From Vampirovibrionales bacterium (GTDB lineage: Bacteria > Cyanobacteriota > Vampirovibrionia > Vampirovibrionales > JAJTHC01): a stretch of DNA of 64,000 bases. The first letter of the stretch is position 1. Each line of letters opens with the position of its first letter. The position numbers were made by a program, and so were the translations under genes. Under the pieces are notes generated by a model. That model saw only the letters and a program-made list of their open reading frames with translations, did no database searches and was not told the origin of the DNA. Where the stretch lies: contig JBIKTR010000005.1 in the NCBI GenBank assembly GCA_044348005.1, positions 11,991 to 75,990 on the forward strand. The letters are read 5' to 3'. Positions 18,886 to 30,110 of this stretch are shown in pieces.

Positions 18886-19012
18886 TACTTGAAATCTATT
18901 TCAAATAATTTTTGTAAGTAGACATTCACCCAGAATTTTAAGTCCCCCGTGTTCTTAAACACAACCACTTTCTTAACCACTCCTTCCCTTTGATTCAGAA
19001 ACGACCGAGTAA

Positions 19013-19507
19013 ATGATGTCCTATAATATCTCTTCACCCACGCCTAGATTCACCAGTGCCGTTTCTCCTACGACGGCTCCTGAAGCGGTGACATCGAAAT
19101 CCTTGGTTATTCCGAAGATGAATCCCCCCAACTATGGGACGACCATGCCCCCTCTGCCCAATCCCGCACTAACGGCGCCCAGTCAAGATCAACTCATCAG
19201 CTCTCGTTCTTTTTCTGACTTGGTGAAACAAGTCCAACGCATTCAAGAACAGCTTAATGTGCTTCAAGCCAATCAAAACTTAACACGTAGTCAACAATTA
19301 ACGAACCCTATTCAGTATTTAAGCCAAAACGGTTTGGGCAACATTATTTCCAACTTCTTTGGTGGGCGACGCCAAATGCAAACAGGCAAAACCCTTACGG
19401 ATGCAGAACAAGATGCTCAAAAAGACACCTACTTTGAAGACATTGAAGCCCCTAAGGTGTTTAGTACCACTCGCGTTTCGCAGGTGTCTAACACATCATT
19501 ACGTTAG
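19013..19507 (+). CDS. Hypothetical Pro/Ser/Thr-rich protein
   Basis: 164-aa ORF with no recognisable domain. Confidence 0.35.
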   Translation: MMSYNISSPTPRFTSAVSPTTAPEAVTSKSLVIPKMNPPNYGTTMPPLPNPALTAPSQDQLISSRSFSDLVKQVQRIQEQLNVLQANQNLTRSQQLTNPIQYLSQNGLGNIISNFFGGRRQMQTGKTLTDAEQDAQKDTYFEDIEAPKVFSTTRVSQVSNTSLR

Positions 19508-20664
19508 TCGTCTTTTAATAAATGCGCGTTGTGAATGCCTTGTTTGTGTGAAGGCGAACAGTTCAGGGCACAGTTAATGCAGGCATCTGGCACAGCGATT
19601 TTCTTGGGTGATGCTGAAGCACGTCCTGCGAGTGTTGCATGCTGATGAATGGCTCGCGCGTATTGAAAATGGGGTGCATTCCAAAAATCGCCCTGCCATA
19701 TTTTACGGTTGCCCGCTTCAAGCAATGCCCACTTAGGGCAAGGCGACGTGTTAAAGGCGGTGTCCATGGTCACCGTGGAATAGGGGGCTTCACAAAATCG
19801 ATTGGCGGGATTTCCCCTTTGTGATTCAATCAAGGTGGGTAGTTCAAAAGCAACCCGAAAATCTTCAGGTTGAAGGCGATTTAGAAAAGTAGTGGCTTCA
19901 TGATCTTCTTGGTAGAGTGGCAGCGGTGTTTTGAAACTCTCAACGGAATCCGTATCAGTAATTTTCAACTGTTCTAAACAGGCATGGTTAATAAAGCGAA
20001 CGCCATGAACACCCCATTGTTCTGCGGTTTGAAGCATAGCAGGCATCAATTTATAGTTAGATTGATTCACCTTAAAATTAACCCACACCTGAAGGGGGAC
20101 TCTAAACGTGGGTTTTTGACTCCTGTCGTGTAAACGCTTCGTTAAGAAACGATATAACGCCTGTTGATACTGTAAAAAAAGCGAGGGAACTTTACCTGTA
20201 AGTAAGTTGAACTGCGTCGGGTGATGACTTTCCATTAAAACTGTAAGGCGCGTGATGGGCGAATCTAAAAGAGCTTGACTATGTGTAGCAAGCGTAGAAG
20301 GCGCTAGTTCTACATGACATTCAACCCCATAAGTTTCATGGAGTACGCTTAATAAGTGAGAAAAGTTGTTAAGAACGATAAAAGGATTACCATGCCCGAC
20401 AAAGCTAATTTTATTAAGCTTTGGAAGTTGAAGCATTAAATGATGAATGGTATCTTCATCCCAACGATTCGCGGAAAACGAATCTTCCAAACACACGATT
20501 AATTCTTTTGGTTCGCTATGGCGAACGATCCCACTGCTTTCATCCAAACGGGTCATTACTTTATCCAGCATTCCCGTCAACCAGGCCTTCGATTTTTCAC
20601 TAGGGGGTTGGGTGGGTGGGGGCGTCTTTTCAACGAGTCTTCGGGTTTGTGGAATGTCAAGCAT
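19504..20664 (-). CDS. Hypothetical protein with C-terminal Cys cluster
   Basis: 386 aa. C-terminal CPKW…CINCALNC cysteines. No canonical radical-SAM CxxxCxxC motif. Confidence 0.4.
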   Translation of the reverse strand: MLDIPQTRRLVEKTPPPTQPPSEKSKAWLTGMLDKVMTRLDESSGIVRHSEPKELIVCLEDSFSANRWDEDTIHHLMLQLPKLNKISFVGHGNPFIVLNNFSHLLSVLHETYGVECHVELAPSTLATHSQALLDSPITRLTVLMESHHPTQFNLLTGKVPSLFLQYQQALYRFLTKRLHDRSQKPTFRVPLQVWVNFKVNQSNYKLMPAMLQTAEQWGVHGVRFINHACLEQLKITDTDSVESFKTPLPLYQEDHEATTFLNRLQPEDFRVAFELPTLIESQRGNPANRFCEAPYSTVTMDTAFNTSPCPKWALLEAGNRKIWQGDFWNAPHFQYARAIHQHATLAGRASASPKKIAVPDACINCALNCSPSHKQGIHNAHLLKDD

Positions 20665-20834
20665 CTAAGGGAACCTTTAATATTATTAAGTATTATTTTA
20701 AAGGCCACGCTTAAAAACGACTAGGGCTTTGGCCTTGAACCCCTTCACATGGAGGAGCCTTTTTAACACACCCAGTGTTCTTACCGAAGGATTTAAAGCA
20801 ATCACACGAATGACCACACAAAGGATGAAGATCC

Positions 20835-21680
20835 ATGATAATGCTCCCGACTCCTTCTTGGGAAACAACCAAAGTACTTATAGGACGCAGTTGTACTGTT
20901 TTTATGGGGCTTTCTTCCTTATTGATTCTTCTGTCTTTTCACCCCGATGCGGTACAAAAACAGTGGGATGCCACGATTCAAGGGAAGAGCTCCGCTTTTC
21001 AGGACGGCTCCGCTTGGGTGAATGCTTCTCAAGGTAAGGGCATGCCCCCTTTAACGGCTTCTGCTGTTGCGTCTAATTCCACTAGGCGTCTTTCATTAGA
21101 AGAAAACACACGTCTTACTCCATATGAAGAACTGCTTCAAGGGCCTAATTGGTTTGAAGAATTGGCCACAAGTATTGGTCAGAATTTGCAGGAAACCCTT
21201 GGGGGTAAAGGTACACCTGTTCCCCTTCCAAGTATGCCGTCCTCGTCGTCTGTCGCTCAAGGAACCGCTCAAGTGGGGGTTTCTAAAACGGCAGGGCCCT
21301 TTACTTCTGTGCCGATGTCTGTCAAGCCAAAAGCCTTATTTATTCAAGTCAAAATTAACGACAAAGCCACTGGGCATTTTATTTTAGACACAGGTGCCAC
21401 CTACACCACCATTTCAAGACGCATGGCACGTCAGCTGGGCTTAGATTTAGAGCAAAGCGAAAAAATTGCGATTACCACTGCCAATGGCGAATTAGATGTT
21501 CCCAAGGTAAGGCTAAAAACTGTGGCCGTTAATGGGATTGAAGCGTCTAATGTGGAAGCCACCGTCATGGATTTTGGAGAAGGCAATAGTTTTGCGGGCT
21601 TATTGGGCTTAAGTTTTATTCAACACTTTAAGTTGACGTTGGATCCTAAAAATGGACAAATGATTTTTGAACCTATTTAG
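20835..21680 (+). CDS. Secreted retropepsin-like (clan AA) aspartic protease domain protein
   Basis: N-terminal hydrophobic segment. DTGAT active-site motif (ILDTGATYTTIS) in a C-terminal domain of about 120 aa. Confidence 0.55.
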   Translation: MIMLPTPSWETTKVLIGRSCTVFMGLSSLLILLSFHPDAVQKQWDATIQGKSSAFQDGSAWVNASQGKGMPPLTASAVASNSTRRLSLEENTRLTPYEELLQGPNWFEELATSIGQNLQETLGGKGTPVPLPSMPSSSSVAQGTAQVGVSKTAGPFTSVPMSVKPKALFIQVKINDKATGHFILDTGATYTTISRRMARQLGLDLEQSEKIAITTANGELDVPKVRLKTVAVNGIEASNVEATVMDFGEGNSFAGLLGLSFIQHFKLTLDPKNGQMIFEPI

Positions 21681-21716
21681 CTTCTCTCTTTAAAACACTA
21701 TGTATCTTTCGAACAC

Positions 21717-21878
21717 TATAGAAGGCTCTGCAAAAGTCTATTTTGCTTTGTTCCTCCTCCCTTAGGGAGGAGGCTAGGAGGAGGGACACCAGCTCTGACG
21801 GGGCATCCCGAATCCCTCACCCCAACCCTCTCCCTAAGGGAGAGGGAGTAAAACGCCCTTTTGCAGAGCCTTCTATAG
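21717..21878. repeat. GC-rich REP/MITE-like element with 21-bp terminal inverted repeats (CTATAGAAGGCTCTGCAAAAG) and internal CCCTCTCCC…GGGAGAGGG hairpins
   Basis: Terminal arms at 21717-21737 and 21858-21878. Internal palindromes cctcccttagggaggagg and ccctctccctaagggagaggg. Confidence 0.75.
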
Positions 21879-22074
21879 AAAAAAGCAAAATAAAAGGCGT
21901 CACTGCTTGAACAGGACGCCGCTCTCTTATGCAATGTGTTTTCAAATCGAAGATTTAACATCGTCTGAAAAACGAGGGGAAGGGAAAATTAAAAGTTAAG
22001 TCTTTAAAAAGGTCAATTTATGCATTTGATTAAAGCCGACCCTGAACATCAGTTAGTGTTTTTTAGGGGACTAG

Positions 22075-22341
22075 TCAATCCGTTTCGTTAGGCAGTTCTT
22101 TCACCCAACGCCGAGTCATTGTTATCGTTTCACTCAATCGATACAGGGACTCTTCGGTCATCCCCCCTTTCAAGGTCATATTTTTTACCGTGGTGGGTAA
22201 AAGGTTTTTAGATTCACTCAAACAAACACACATCAAGAAGAAAACAACACGAGTAGCCCTTAACTCACTGAAGGGTACACCGCCGTTAAAAGTCATGAAG
22301 CATTGAAGGGAAATAGCCGAAACCGATAGACATTGTGTCAA
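22075..22341 (-). CDS. Hypothetical small protein
   Basis: ORF only. Confidence 0.2.
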   Translation of the reverse strand: MTQCLSVSAISLQCFMTFNGGVPFSELRATRVVFFLMCVCLSESKNLLPTTVKNMTLKGGMTEESLYRLSETITMTRRWVKELPNETD

Positions 22342-22470
22342 CAGGTCGCGTTCAATCTCATGTATTTATATTAGCTGAAAAACCGAAACGGGAAAGCACT
22401 TTTTGCATTTTTAAGCGCACTTGTAACATATTTTTTGGAATGTAAAAATTTCAAAAGAGACTTGACAACC

Positions 22471-22830
22471 CTAAAAAATGAGATAATCACGCCAATTGCG
22501 TTGTAGTAAATACACCTGATTCGGTGTTAATGTATCAGTCAATTTGTTTAAATCATGTAACGATTTATAGGGACGCCCTTCAATCACAGAAAGTGCGATG
22601 CGTCCATTTGCCCCTGGAAGGGTGATGAGATCATCATAGGAAGCGAGATTGATATTGAGTTTACTTTGTATCTTGACAGTGCGATTTACCTCGTAATGTA
22701 GCAAGTCTCGATCGTCCGCATAGTTAGGGTGCCATAGGTAAGAAGAGGCATCCGTTTCTGGAATGACGCCCCAATAAAAGCCGATTGTACAAAAACCTAA
22801 ACAAATAAAACGACGCATAAACAACCACAA
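22471..22830 (-). CDS. ComEA-like helix-hairpin-helix DNA-binding protein
   Basis: N-terminal signal/TM segment. HhH pattern NINLASYDDLITLPGANGRIALSVIEGRPYKSLHDLNKL. Confidence 0.5.
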   Translation of the reverse strand: MWLFMRRFICLGFCTIGFYWGVIPETDASSYLWHPNYADDRDLLHYEVNRTVKIQSKLNINLASYDDLITLPGANGRIALSVIEGRPYKSLHDLNKLTDTLTPNQVYLLQRNWRDYLIF

Positions 22831-22889
22831 AATTTAAAAACTAAACAGGACACTAGCCTAAAAGCTTCTAAATTCTTTTTTGTGTCATA

Positions 22890-24041
22890 ATGAAAGAAAT
22901 TATTTTTAGGAGTCTTAAAATCGTGACATCCGCAGAAGCCCTCACGTTGCTTCCTTACGAAAAAAGTACCTTGCCTCAACAGCAAACGACTGCAACGCCC
23001 CTGCTCTTACAAGTATTTGAAGGAAAAGCCCTTAAACGCCCCCCTGTGTGGATGATGCGTCAAGCGGGGCGTTACATGCACGAATACCAAGCCGTGCGTC
23101 AACATTATAGCTTTTTAGAAATTTGCAAAACACCTGAAGTCGCCGTGGAAGTGACCTTGCAACCCCTTCGTGCCTTTGGCTTTGACGCCTCCATTATTTT
23201 TTCCGATATTCTCATTCCCCTTGAAGCCATGGGCTTAGACTTAAGCTTTAGCGATTCACACGGCCCTGCCTTTGCCAATCCCTTACGCACCGCAAGCGAG
23301 GTCGACGCCTTTCACCCTGCCGATGTGCAAGACACCTGCGGGTTTTTGGCCGAAGCCTTGACGATGATGCGTCGTGAACTCACAGGAACAGGCATTGCAC
23401 TCATCGGTTTTGCAGGAGCACCGTGGACGCTTGCCAGTTACGCCCTAGAAGGCAAAAGCTGGAAGACAGGGCAACATACCAAAGCTCTTCTTTTGGAAGA
23501 TCCACAACGCTTGCACACCATTTTACAACGCATTACTGAGATGCTAATTCCTTACCTGTGCATGCAAGTCGACGCAGGCGCCGAAGTGTTACAACTCTTT
23601 GACACATGGGCAGGCTTGGTGCCCACGCGTTACTATAACGACTTTGTGATGCAGTACCAAAACCAAGTGATTGAAGGCGTCAAAGCCAAACATCCGCATG
23701 TGCCTATTGTGTTGTTCGTTAAAAACAGCCGGGGCTTGCTTGAAGTCATCGGGCAAAGCCCTGCGGATGCCATTAGCATCGACGATTTGACGTCTTTAAG
23801 CGACGCTCGCCAAGCTTTAGGCGCTTCTCGCATTTTACAAGGCAACTTGGATTCAAGCTTTTTGTTTAGCCATAATGAATCGGCGCTTGTGGCGGAAGTT
23901 CATCGCTTGCTTGAAGAAGGAGGCCCTTCGCATTACATTTTTAACTTAGGTCATGGGGTGTTACCCAAAACCCCTCGTTCAAACGTCAAGCGGGTGGTGG
24001 AAACCATCAAGGCTTGGTCATCAGTCCATCACCCCTTATAA
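22890..24041 (+). CDS. hemE: Uroporphyrinogen decarboxylase
   Basis: PVWMMRQAGRY signature and the overall URO-D layout. Confidence 0.85.
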   Translation: MKEIIFRSLKIVTSAEALTLLPYEKSTLPQQQTTATPLLLQVFEGKALKRPPVWMMRQAGRYMHEYQAVRQHYSFLEICKTPEVAVEVTLQPLRAFGFDASIIFSDILIPLEAMGLDLSFSDSHGPAFANPLRTASEVDAFHPADVQDTCGFLAEALTMMRRELTGTGIALIGFAGAPWTLASYALEGKSWKTGQHTKALLLEDPQRLHTILQRITEMLIPYLCMQVDAGAEVLQLFDTWAGLVPTRYYNDFVMQYQNQVIEGVKAKHPHVPIVLFVKNSRGLLEVIGQSPADAISIDDLTSLSDARQALGASRILQGNLDSSFLFSHNESALVAEVHRLLEEGGPSHYIFNLGHGVLPKTPRSNVKRVVETIKAWSSVHHPL

Positions 24042-24052
24042 AGGAAAGCACA

Positions 24053-24784
24053 ATGACTTACAGCCCCTTATACGAACGGACTCCGCTCGCGTCTTGGAAA
24101 GAACTGCCAGAAGCGAACATGGCTCAACGCTGGATTTTTGTGGGGATTGATTTGGCCCCCAATGCGTCCTTAGAAAGCGGTGTGGCCATTTTAGACCGTG
24201 ATTTAACCCTTTTACGAATGGACAAACTCTATAGCGATGAAGCCATTTTGGATGCGCTCACTCAACTAGGGGCCCCACACACCTTGGTGGTTTGCTTGGA
24301 CATGCCCAAGAACCTGGCTATTTCTGGGCGTTTTCGTCAAGAAGAAATTAAATACAACGCCATGCGACTAGACAACCCCGAATACGACCGACCAGTGGTT
24401 GATCGCTTTTCGGATCGCGCCTATCTTCTGTACAAAAAAATTAGCGATTTAGGCATGTTACCGTTTTTAACGTATACGCCCAATACCAAATCAAGCTATA
24501 AGTTTTTCTTTCCCTATAAAAGTCGTTCGCCTCAAGGGTGCCGTGCCTTACAAGGCTTGATTCAAGAAGAGTTAAAGGTCAAGAATATGCCCACCAATCT
24601 GGCACCCAGTTCTGTGTTGGAAGCCTTGTTGGCGTCTTACAGTGCGTGGTGTACCTATTCAGGCACGCTGAATAAAGAGTTTCAAATCAAACGCAACCAT
24701 CAGGGGTTGCATGTGCTGGTGGCCAAAACCCCTGTGGCTTATGATTCCAAAAGTGATGTGCGTCCTGCGTGGGTGCCTGCTTAA
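24053..24784 (+). CDS. Hypothetical protein (possible RNase-H-like or DUF)
   Basis: The start was moved to MTY just after the hemE stop. Carries the motifs VGIDLAP and SGVAIL. Confidence 0.4.
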   Translation: MTYSPLYERTPLASWKELPEANMAQRWIFVGIDLAPNASLESGVAILDRDLTLLRMDKLYSDEAILDALTQLGAPHTLVVCLDMPKNLAISGRFRQEEIKYNAMRLDNPEYDRPVVDRFSDRAYLLYKKISDLGMLPFLTYTPNTKSSYKFFFPYKSRSPQGCRALQGLIQEELKVKNMPTNLAPSSVLEALLASYSAWCTYSGTLNKEFQIKRNHQGLHVLVAKTPVAYDSKSDVRPAWVPA

Positions 24785-24905
24785 GGTGCTTGTTTACAAC
24801 CGTATATTAGACACTAAGCTTCGTGTCTGATACCAAATTGTTACATACTTGTCAGGTCAACTCAAATCTGTATAATAAAAGTCAGGTCATGTTACTTCCG
24901 TCGCA

Positions 24906-25247
24906 TTGCCTATGAATTTCTACTGCAATTACCAACGTACAAAAATCTCAACTATAGGGAGGTTGCTCATGCCTAACAGTAAGCTTTTAGAACGCTTTAG
25001 CGTCTTGTCGTACGGTCATGAAATTCGAAAAGGACTCAGAACACTCGCGGTGGTGGCCACACGCACCACTCGTTTTCGCAATCGAATGTTAAGCTACATT
25101 ACGTTTCCTGAAGGATTAAGGGTGCTGGCTCATATTCGTAACGGGTTTGCTTTGCCACTGGGTGTTAGCGAGTTTATTAAGGACGGCGACGTGCTTATTT
25201 TTGAATCGATGCTGGAAGATGCGTCGATGCATCGACTCATTTTTTAG
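24906..25247 (+). CDS. Hypothetical small protein
   Basis: 113-aa ORF followed by a 13-bp-stem hairpin. Confidence 0.25.
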   Translation: MPMNFYCNYQRTKISTIGRLLMPNSKLLERFSVLSYGHEIRKGLRTLAVVATRTTRFRNRMLSYITFPEGLRVLAHIRNGFALPLGVSEFIKDGDVLIFESMLEDASMHRLIF

Positions 25248-25670
25248 TGCCTAAAAAAAGTCCCCTTTACAAAGCTCTGTCTTTTTATGAAATAGGCAGA
25301 GCTTTGTAACATATTGTAAAAGATTTGAATCCCCGCGCAATTTAGGGCATTGCGTGACGTTTATTTAAGTGCCTTTAGCAAGTCCAGCATATCAAGTATT
25401 CTTCAAACGTCGCAGGAGTATTCAGCGTGATTCATTCTATTGCCAGTCAATTTTCCTTGGCCAACAATGCCCTTGTTCGGCAAAGCATCACTGAAGCTGA
25501 CCGCTTGAGCTATATTCGCCGTCATTCGTGGTTTCAAACCGCTATGATGAGTAACCCCATTACGGCACCCATGGCCTTGGTGTCGGAATTATTTTCAGGC
25601 ATGAAGCGCATATAAGCCGTAAAGTGTATGACAGGATCCATTAACACGATCTTTAATCGTTTAAGGGGTA

Positions 25671-28016
25671 TTAGCCACTGCAAGAAATGCACTCATCGGG
25701 ATTGTCCAACGAGCAGGCCATCTCTTCTTCGCGTTGTTCCTTAAGCAGGGTTTTGTCCACCGTGAACTTAATGGCTTCTACTGCGGCGTTAGAACGCAAG
25801 TAGTACATACCTGTTTTCAAGCCTGCCTTCCATGAATAGAAGTGCATGCTGGCCATTTTCGCAAAATTCGGATTCGCCAAGTGAATATTCAAACTTTGGC
25901 TTTGGCAAATGTACGGGCCACGATCAGCCGCCATATCAATAATGTCTCGCTGGCTAATTTCCCAAACCGTTTTGTACATGGCCTTAATCTCTTCAGGAAT
26001 GTTGGGAATCGATTGCACAGAACCATTGGCGGAAATGATGCGTTGACGCATGCGTTCATCCCACAAGCCTAGGGCGATTAAGTCTTTCACCAAGTACTTG
26101 TTAATAATAGTAAACTCGCCTGAAAGGACTCTTCGGGTATAGATGTTGCTGGTGTAAGGCTCAAAACATTCATTATTGCCCAAAATCTGAGACGTTGAAG
26201 CGGTTGGCATAGGGGCCAACAATAAGCTGTTATATAAGCCAGATGTCTTAATCTTCTTTTTTAAAGCGTTCCAGTCATAGCGTTCTTGGCCAGGATCGAC
26301 CCCCCACATGTCAAACTGCAAGATACCTTCACTTGCTGGAGAACCCGCAAACGTTTGATACGCCCCATGTTCTTGCGCCAGTTCATTAGACGCTTCTAAG
26401 GCGCCATGATAAATCGTTTCAAAAATTTGACGATTCAGCTCTTTGGCCGCGTCACTGTCAAAGGGCATTTTAAGCTGTAAAAAAGCATCCGCAAGGCCTT
26501 GAATACCAATACCAATGGGGCGATGACGCAAGTTTGAGTTCGACGTTTCTGGCAGTGGGTAATAGTTAATGTCAATAATTTTATTTAAATTACGCGTCAC
26601 GACTTTTGAAATGTAATGCAAGCGTTCAAAATCAAACTTTCCGTGAGACACAAAGCGACTAAGCGCAATACTCGCTAGGTTACACACCGCGATTTCGTCT
26701 TTAGCCGTGTATTCTACAATTTCCGTACATAAGTTAGAAGACTTAATGGTGCCCAGGTTTTTTTGATTGCTTTTGAGGTTACAGGCGTCTTTATACAACA
26801 TATAAGGCGTGCCTGTTTCAATTTGTGATTCTAAAATAGCAAACCATAATTCACGCGCCTTCACCACACGACGAGGCTTGTCCGATTCTTCGTACTTGGT
26901 ATACAACGTTTGGAAATCTTCGCCGTACACGTCTGAAAGTCCGGGGGCTTCATTCGGGCAAAACAGGGCCCAGTCTGCATCTTCTTCCACACGTTGCATA
27001 AATAAATCAGGAATCCACAAGGCCAAGAATAAATCTCTGGCTCTGAACTCTTCTTTCCCGTGATTCTTCCGTAAATCGAGAAACTCAAAAATATCGGCGT
27101 GCCACGGTTCAATGTAAATGGCAAACGCTCCTTTACGTTTATTACCGCCTTGATCCACATAACGAGCCGTGTCGTTAAAAACACGGAGCATCGGCACAAT
27201 GCCGTTGGATGTGCCGTTGGTGCCACGAATATAACTGCCTTTGGCACGCACATTATGGATGTGTAAGCCAATGCCACCAGCGTTTTTGGAAATTAGCGCG
27301 GTTTGCTTGAGCGTGTCGTAAATGCCTGCGATGCTATCGTCTTGCATGCCGAGTAAGAAGCACGAAGAGAGCTGAGGGCTTGGCGTGCCTGCATTAAACA
27401 AGGTGGGCGAGGCATGGGTAAACCATTTTTCAGACATCAAGTTGTAGGTTTCAATCGCGGCATCTACATCGCCGGCGTGAATACCCACCGAAACACGCAT
27501 CCACATGTGTTGGGGGCGCTCAACGACTTGGCCGTACAAACGCAACAGGTACGAACGTTCCAGTGTTTTAAAACCGAAGTAATCAAACAAATAATCACGC
27601 TCATAACGAATGGCGGCGTCCAAACGCGCCGCGTTGGCTTGAATAAACGCGTACACTTCATCACTAATTAAGCCGGCGGGTTGTTCACTTTTCGGATCAA
27701 TATACGTGTACAAATCTTCAATCACACTACTAAACGATGCCTTCGTTTTTTTATGCAGGTTAGACACCGCCACCCTAGCTGCCAAGTTCGCATAATCGGG
27801 ATGTAAAGACGTCATGCTCGCGGCTGTTTCGGCGGCGAGTTGGTCGAGCTGTTCGGTGGTGACCCCGTCATAAATGCCGTCTACCACGCGTTTGGCAATT
27901 TCAATGGGTTCAATATAGCGATGATCCAAATCAAAGCACAGTGAATTGACACGGTCTAAAATTTCATCAAATCGAACTTCCACGCGTTGCCCATTGCGTT
28001 TAATCACGTGCATCAT
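25671..28016 (-). CDS. nrdA: Ribonucleoside-diphosphate reductase alpha subunit (class I) with N-terminal ATP-cone
   Basis: ATP-cone ([18 protein letters not shown]) and conserved class I catalytic core. The start was chosen at the Met preceded by GAGGAG. Confidence 0.9.
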   Translation of the reverse strand: MMHVIKRNGQRVEVRFDEILDRVNSLCFDLDHRYIEPIEIAKRVVDGIYDGVTTEQLDQLAAETAASMTSLHPDYANLAARVAVSNLHKKTKASFSSVIEDLYTYIDPKSEQPAGLISDEVYAFIQANAARLDAAIRYERDYLFDYFGFKTLERSYLLRLYGQVVERPQHMWMRVSVGIHAGDVDAAIETYNLMSEKWFTHASPTLFNAGTPSPQLSSCFLLGMQDDSIAGIYDTLKQTALISKNAGGIGLHIHNVRAKGSYIRGTNGTSNGIVPMLRVFNDTARYVDQGGNKRKGAFAIYIEPWHADIFEFLDLRKNHGKEEFRARDLFLALWIPDLFMQRVEEDADWALFCPNEAPGLSDVYGEDFQTLYTKYEESDKPRRVVKARELWFAILESQIETGTPYMLYKDACNLKSNQKNLGTIKSSNLCTEIVEYTAKDEIAVCNLASIALSRFVSHGKFDFERLHYISKVVTRNLNKIIDINYYPLPETSNSNLRHRPIGIGIQGLADAFLQLKMPFDSDAAKELNRQIFETIYHGALEASNELAQEHGAYQTFAGSPASEGILQFDMWGVDPGQERYDWNALKKKIKTSGLYNSLLLAPMPTASTSQILGNNECFEPYTSNIYTRRVLSGEFTIINKYLVKDLIALGLWDERMRQRIISANGSVQSIPNIPEEIKAMYKTVWEISQRDIIDMAADRGPYICQSQSLNIHLANPNFAKMASMHFYSWKAGLKTGMYYLRSNAAVEAIKFTVDKTLLKEQREEEMACSLDNPDECISCSG

Positions 28017-28284
28017 TAGGGGAATCTCCTCGAAGTCAAAAAATAATAGGTATGGCAATGGGATTATAAAGCCGAGCCATAGATTGTTACCTATATTTTA
28101 TGCAAAGAAGCACTCAAAATGCAAGTAAAGTTCCATGTAACAGTTCATTGACTTTTTTCAAACATCCATGGTAAAAATAGCCGCTATTCGATGATTTCTT
28201 TTACAGAAAGTGTTCCAAAAGCAGGTTTTGCTTGATTCCAAAAAAGGACTAGGACGCGAATAGACTCCACGCTATAATAGGCGT

Positions 28285-29778
28285 ATGCAAACGATATTTC
28301 AGGAAAAAATACAACGCCTCAAACAACGATGCCCCGAAGTGACTTGGCTGGATTCTTCGGCCCAGCGTTTGGCATACGAACGGGATGCCAACGTACTGAT
28401 TGCCCAAGCCCCCGCAATAATTGCCTTGCCGACTTTTCCACAAGCGGTGGCCACTGTGGCCAAAGCCTGCTACGAACTAGAACTGCCCTTTACCACCCGT
28501 GGAGCAGGCACCGGCCTAGCCGCAGGAAGTGTGCCCCATTCGCCTGATTGCGTGATGATTTCCACCGCACGCCTGAATCAGATTCTTCACATCGATGCGG
28601 ATGCCCTAACTGCTCACGTGCAAGCAGGCGTCGTCAATGCTGAACTCAATGAAGCCCTCGCTCCCTATGGCGTGATGTACGCCCCCGATCCATCAAGCCA
28701 AAAGGCGTGCACGCTGGGGGGGAATTGGGCCGCCAATGCAGGAGGCGTCCATTGTATTGGCTATGGTGTGACAACGGATCACGTGCTGGCCTTGCAAGTC
28801 GTGACCGCTCAAGGCGACGTGCTATGGACTTCCCCTCCCGACTCTCAAGGCAATTCCCCCCTGACGCAAGCCTTTAATGCGCTTTATTGTGGCAGTGAAG
28901 GGACACTAGGCATTTTAACTGAAGCCGTGGTGAAATTAACGCCCTTACCTGCGCATGTAGGTGTTGCCCTTTTGGCCTTTAACAGCGTAGAATCTGCGAT
29001 GAAAGCCGTTACGTCTTTAACCGCCAGTGGCCTTTCTCCCAAGGCCGTTGAGTTTATGGATGCGCTTACCATTCGATGCGTGAACCAGACCTTCCATGTG
29101 GGCCTGCCTGAAGAAGCGCAAGGGGTTTTACTCATTGAACTGGCCTATTATTACGAAGCAGAACTTCAAGAAGCGTTTCAGGCCTTACATAACTTGGTAC
29201 AGGGCTGGAACGCCCTTTCCTTTGTGTGGGAAACCTCCCCCCAGCGTCGTGATGACTTGTGGAAGGCTCGCAAGGGGGCGGTGGCCAGTTATGGGCAACT
29301 TTCGCCGATGTTTTATATTTTAGACAGCGTCATTCCTCGTTCGGCCTTGCCTGAAGTACTTCAACAGATCGACGCCATTTCAAAAGCAGTCGATTTACCG
29401 ATTGCAAACGTCTTTCATGCAGGAGACGGGAATTTGCATCCGCATTTGATGTTTCACGACACGCACGAATCCACCATTGCTCGGGTCAAGGCGGGGGCGG
29501 ATGCGATTTTTGAACTCTGCTTAGCGGTAGGTGGGGTGTTAAGTGGGGAACATGGCATTGGGCTTGAAAAAGTGGCCCACATGGTAGAACAATTTGATGA
29601 ACTCAGTTTAGACGCTCAGCGGGCCGTATGGCAAGCCTTTGATTTTAAGGGTTTAGCCAACCCCATGAAGCAATTGCCTCAAAAAAGCTGTTGTGGGGGG
29701 GCGGGTCATTCGCATGGGGTAGCGCAGGCCAAAGGGCTTTCGGTAGAAGGCTTAGGGCACCAAGGTCTGTGGATTTAA
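28285..29778 (+). CDS. FAD-linked oxidase (GlcD / D-lactate dehydrogenase family)
   Basis: PCMH-type FAD-binding N-terminal domain (TRGAGTGLAAGSVP). Confidence 0.65.
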   Translation: MQTIFQEKIQRLKQRCPEVTWLDSSAQRLAYERDANVLIAQAPAIIALPTFPQAVATVAKACYELELPFTTRGAGTGLAAGSVPHSPDCVMISTARLNQILHIDADALTAHVQAGVVNAELNEALAPYGVMYAPDPSSQKACTLGGNWAANAGGVHCIGYGVTTDHVLALQVVTAQGDVLWTSPPDSQGNSPLTQAFNALYCGSEGTLGILTEAVVKLTPLPAHVGVALLAFNSVESAMKAVTSLTASGLSPKAVEFMDALTIRCVNQTFHVGLPEEAQGVLLIELAYYYEAELQEAFQALHNLVQGWNALSFVWETSPQRRDDLWKARKGAVASYGQLSPMFYILDSVIPRSALPEVLQQIDAISKAVDLPIANVFHAGDGNLHPHLMFHDTHESTIARVKAGADAIFELCLAVGGVLSGEHGIGLEKVAHMVEQFDELSLDAQRAVWQAFDFKGLANPMKQLPQKSCCGGAGHSHGVAQAKGLSVEGLGHQGLWI

Positions 29779-30110
29779 TAAAGGCTTTTTGGTGAAAATA
29801 CGACAGCCAAACAGTTGTACAGAAGCTTCTGTAGTGAAAAGTCAGGGGCTTAATCCTTAAAACAACCTTAAGATTGTTTTATGCTACTTAAACCTAATTT
29901 GTAACATCGTGTAACAAAGTCGACTTATAGAGTAAATAACAATCTTAATAAATACTTTATTACAGTAAGAACTCCCCCTTACAGTATAAAGCTTAAAAAC
30001 AACGCTTTTTTCTAGTTAGTCTATTCCCCTGTTCTCTCGTGTGAATCCTTCACCTATTCACCACAAATCGCAACACCAACATTTTTTACCAAAGAAAGTA
30101 CCCTGTAACG

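Noticed and set aside
25263-25310. 13-bp-stem hairpin (tacaaagctctgtc…gcagagctttgta) after ORF 24906..25247
   Set aside because: It may be a terminator but lacks a following T-run, so the evidence is too weak to annotate.
28017-28284. Possible NrdR box upstream of nrdA
   Set aside because: I could not find a convincing match to the NrdR palindrome consensus by eye, so it is not reported as a feature.
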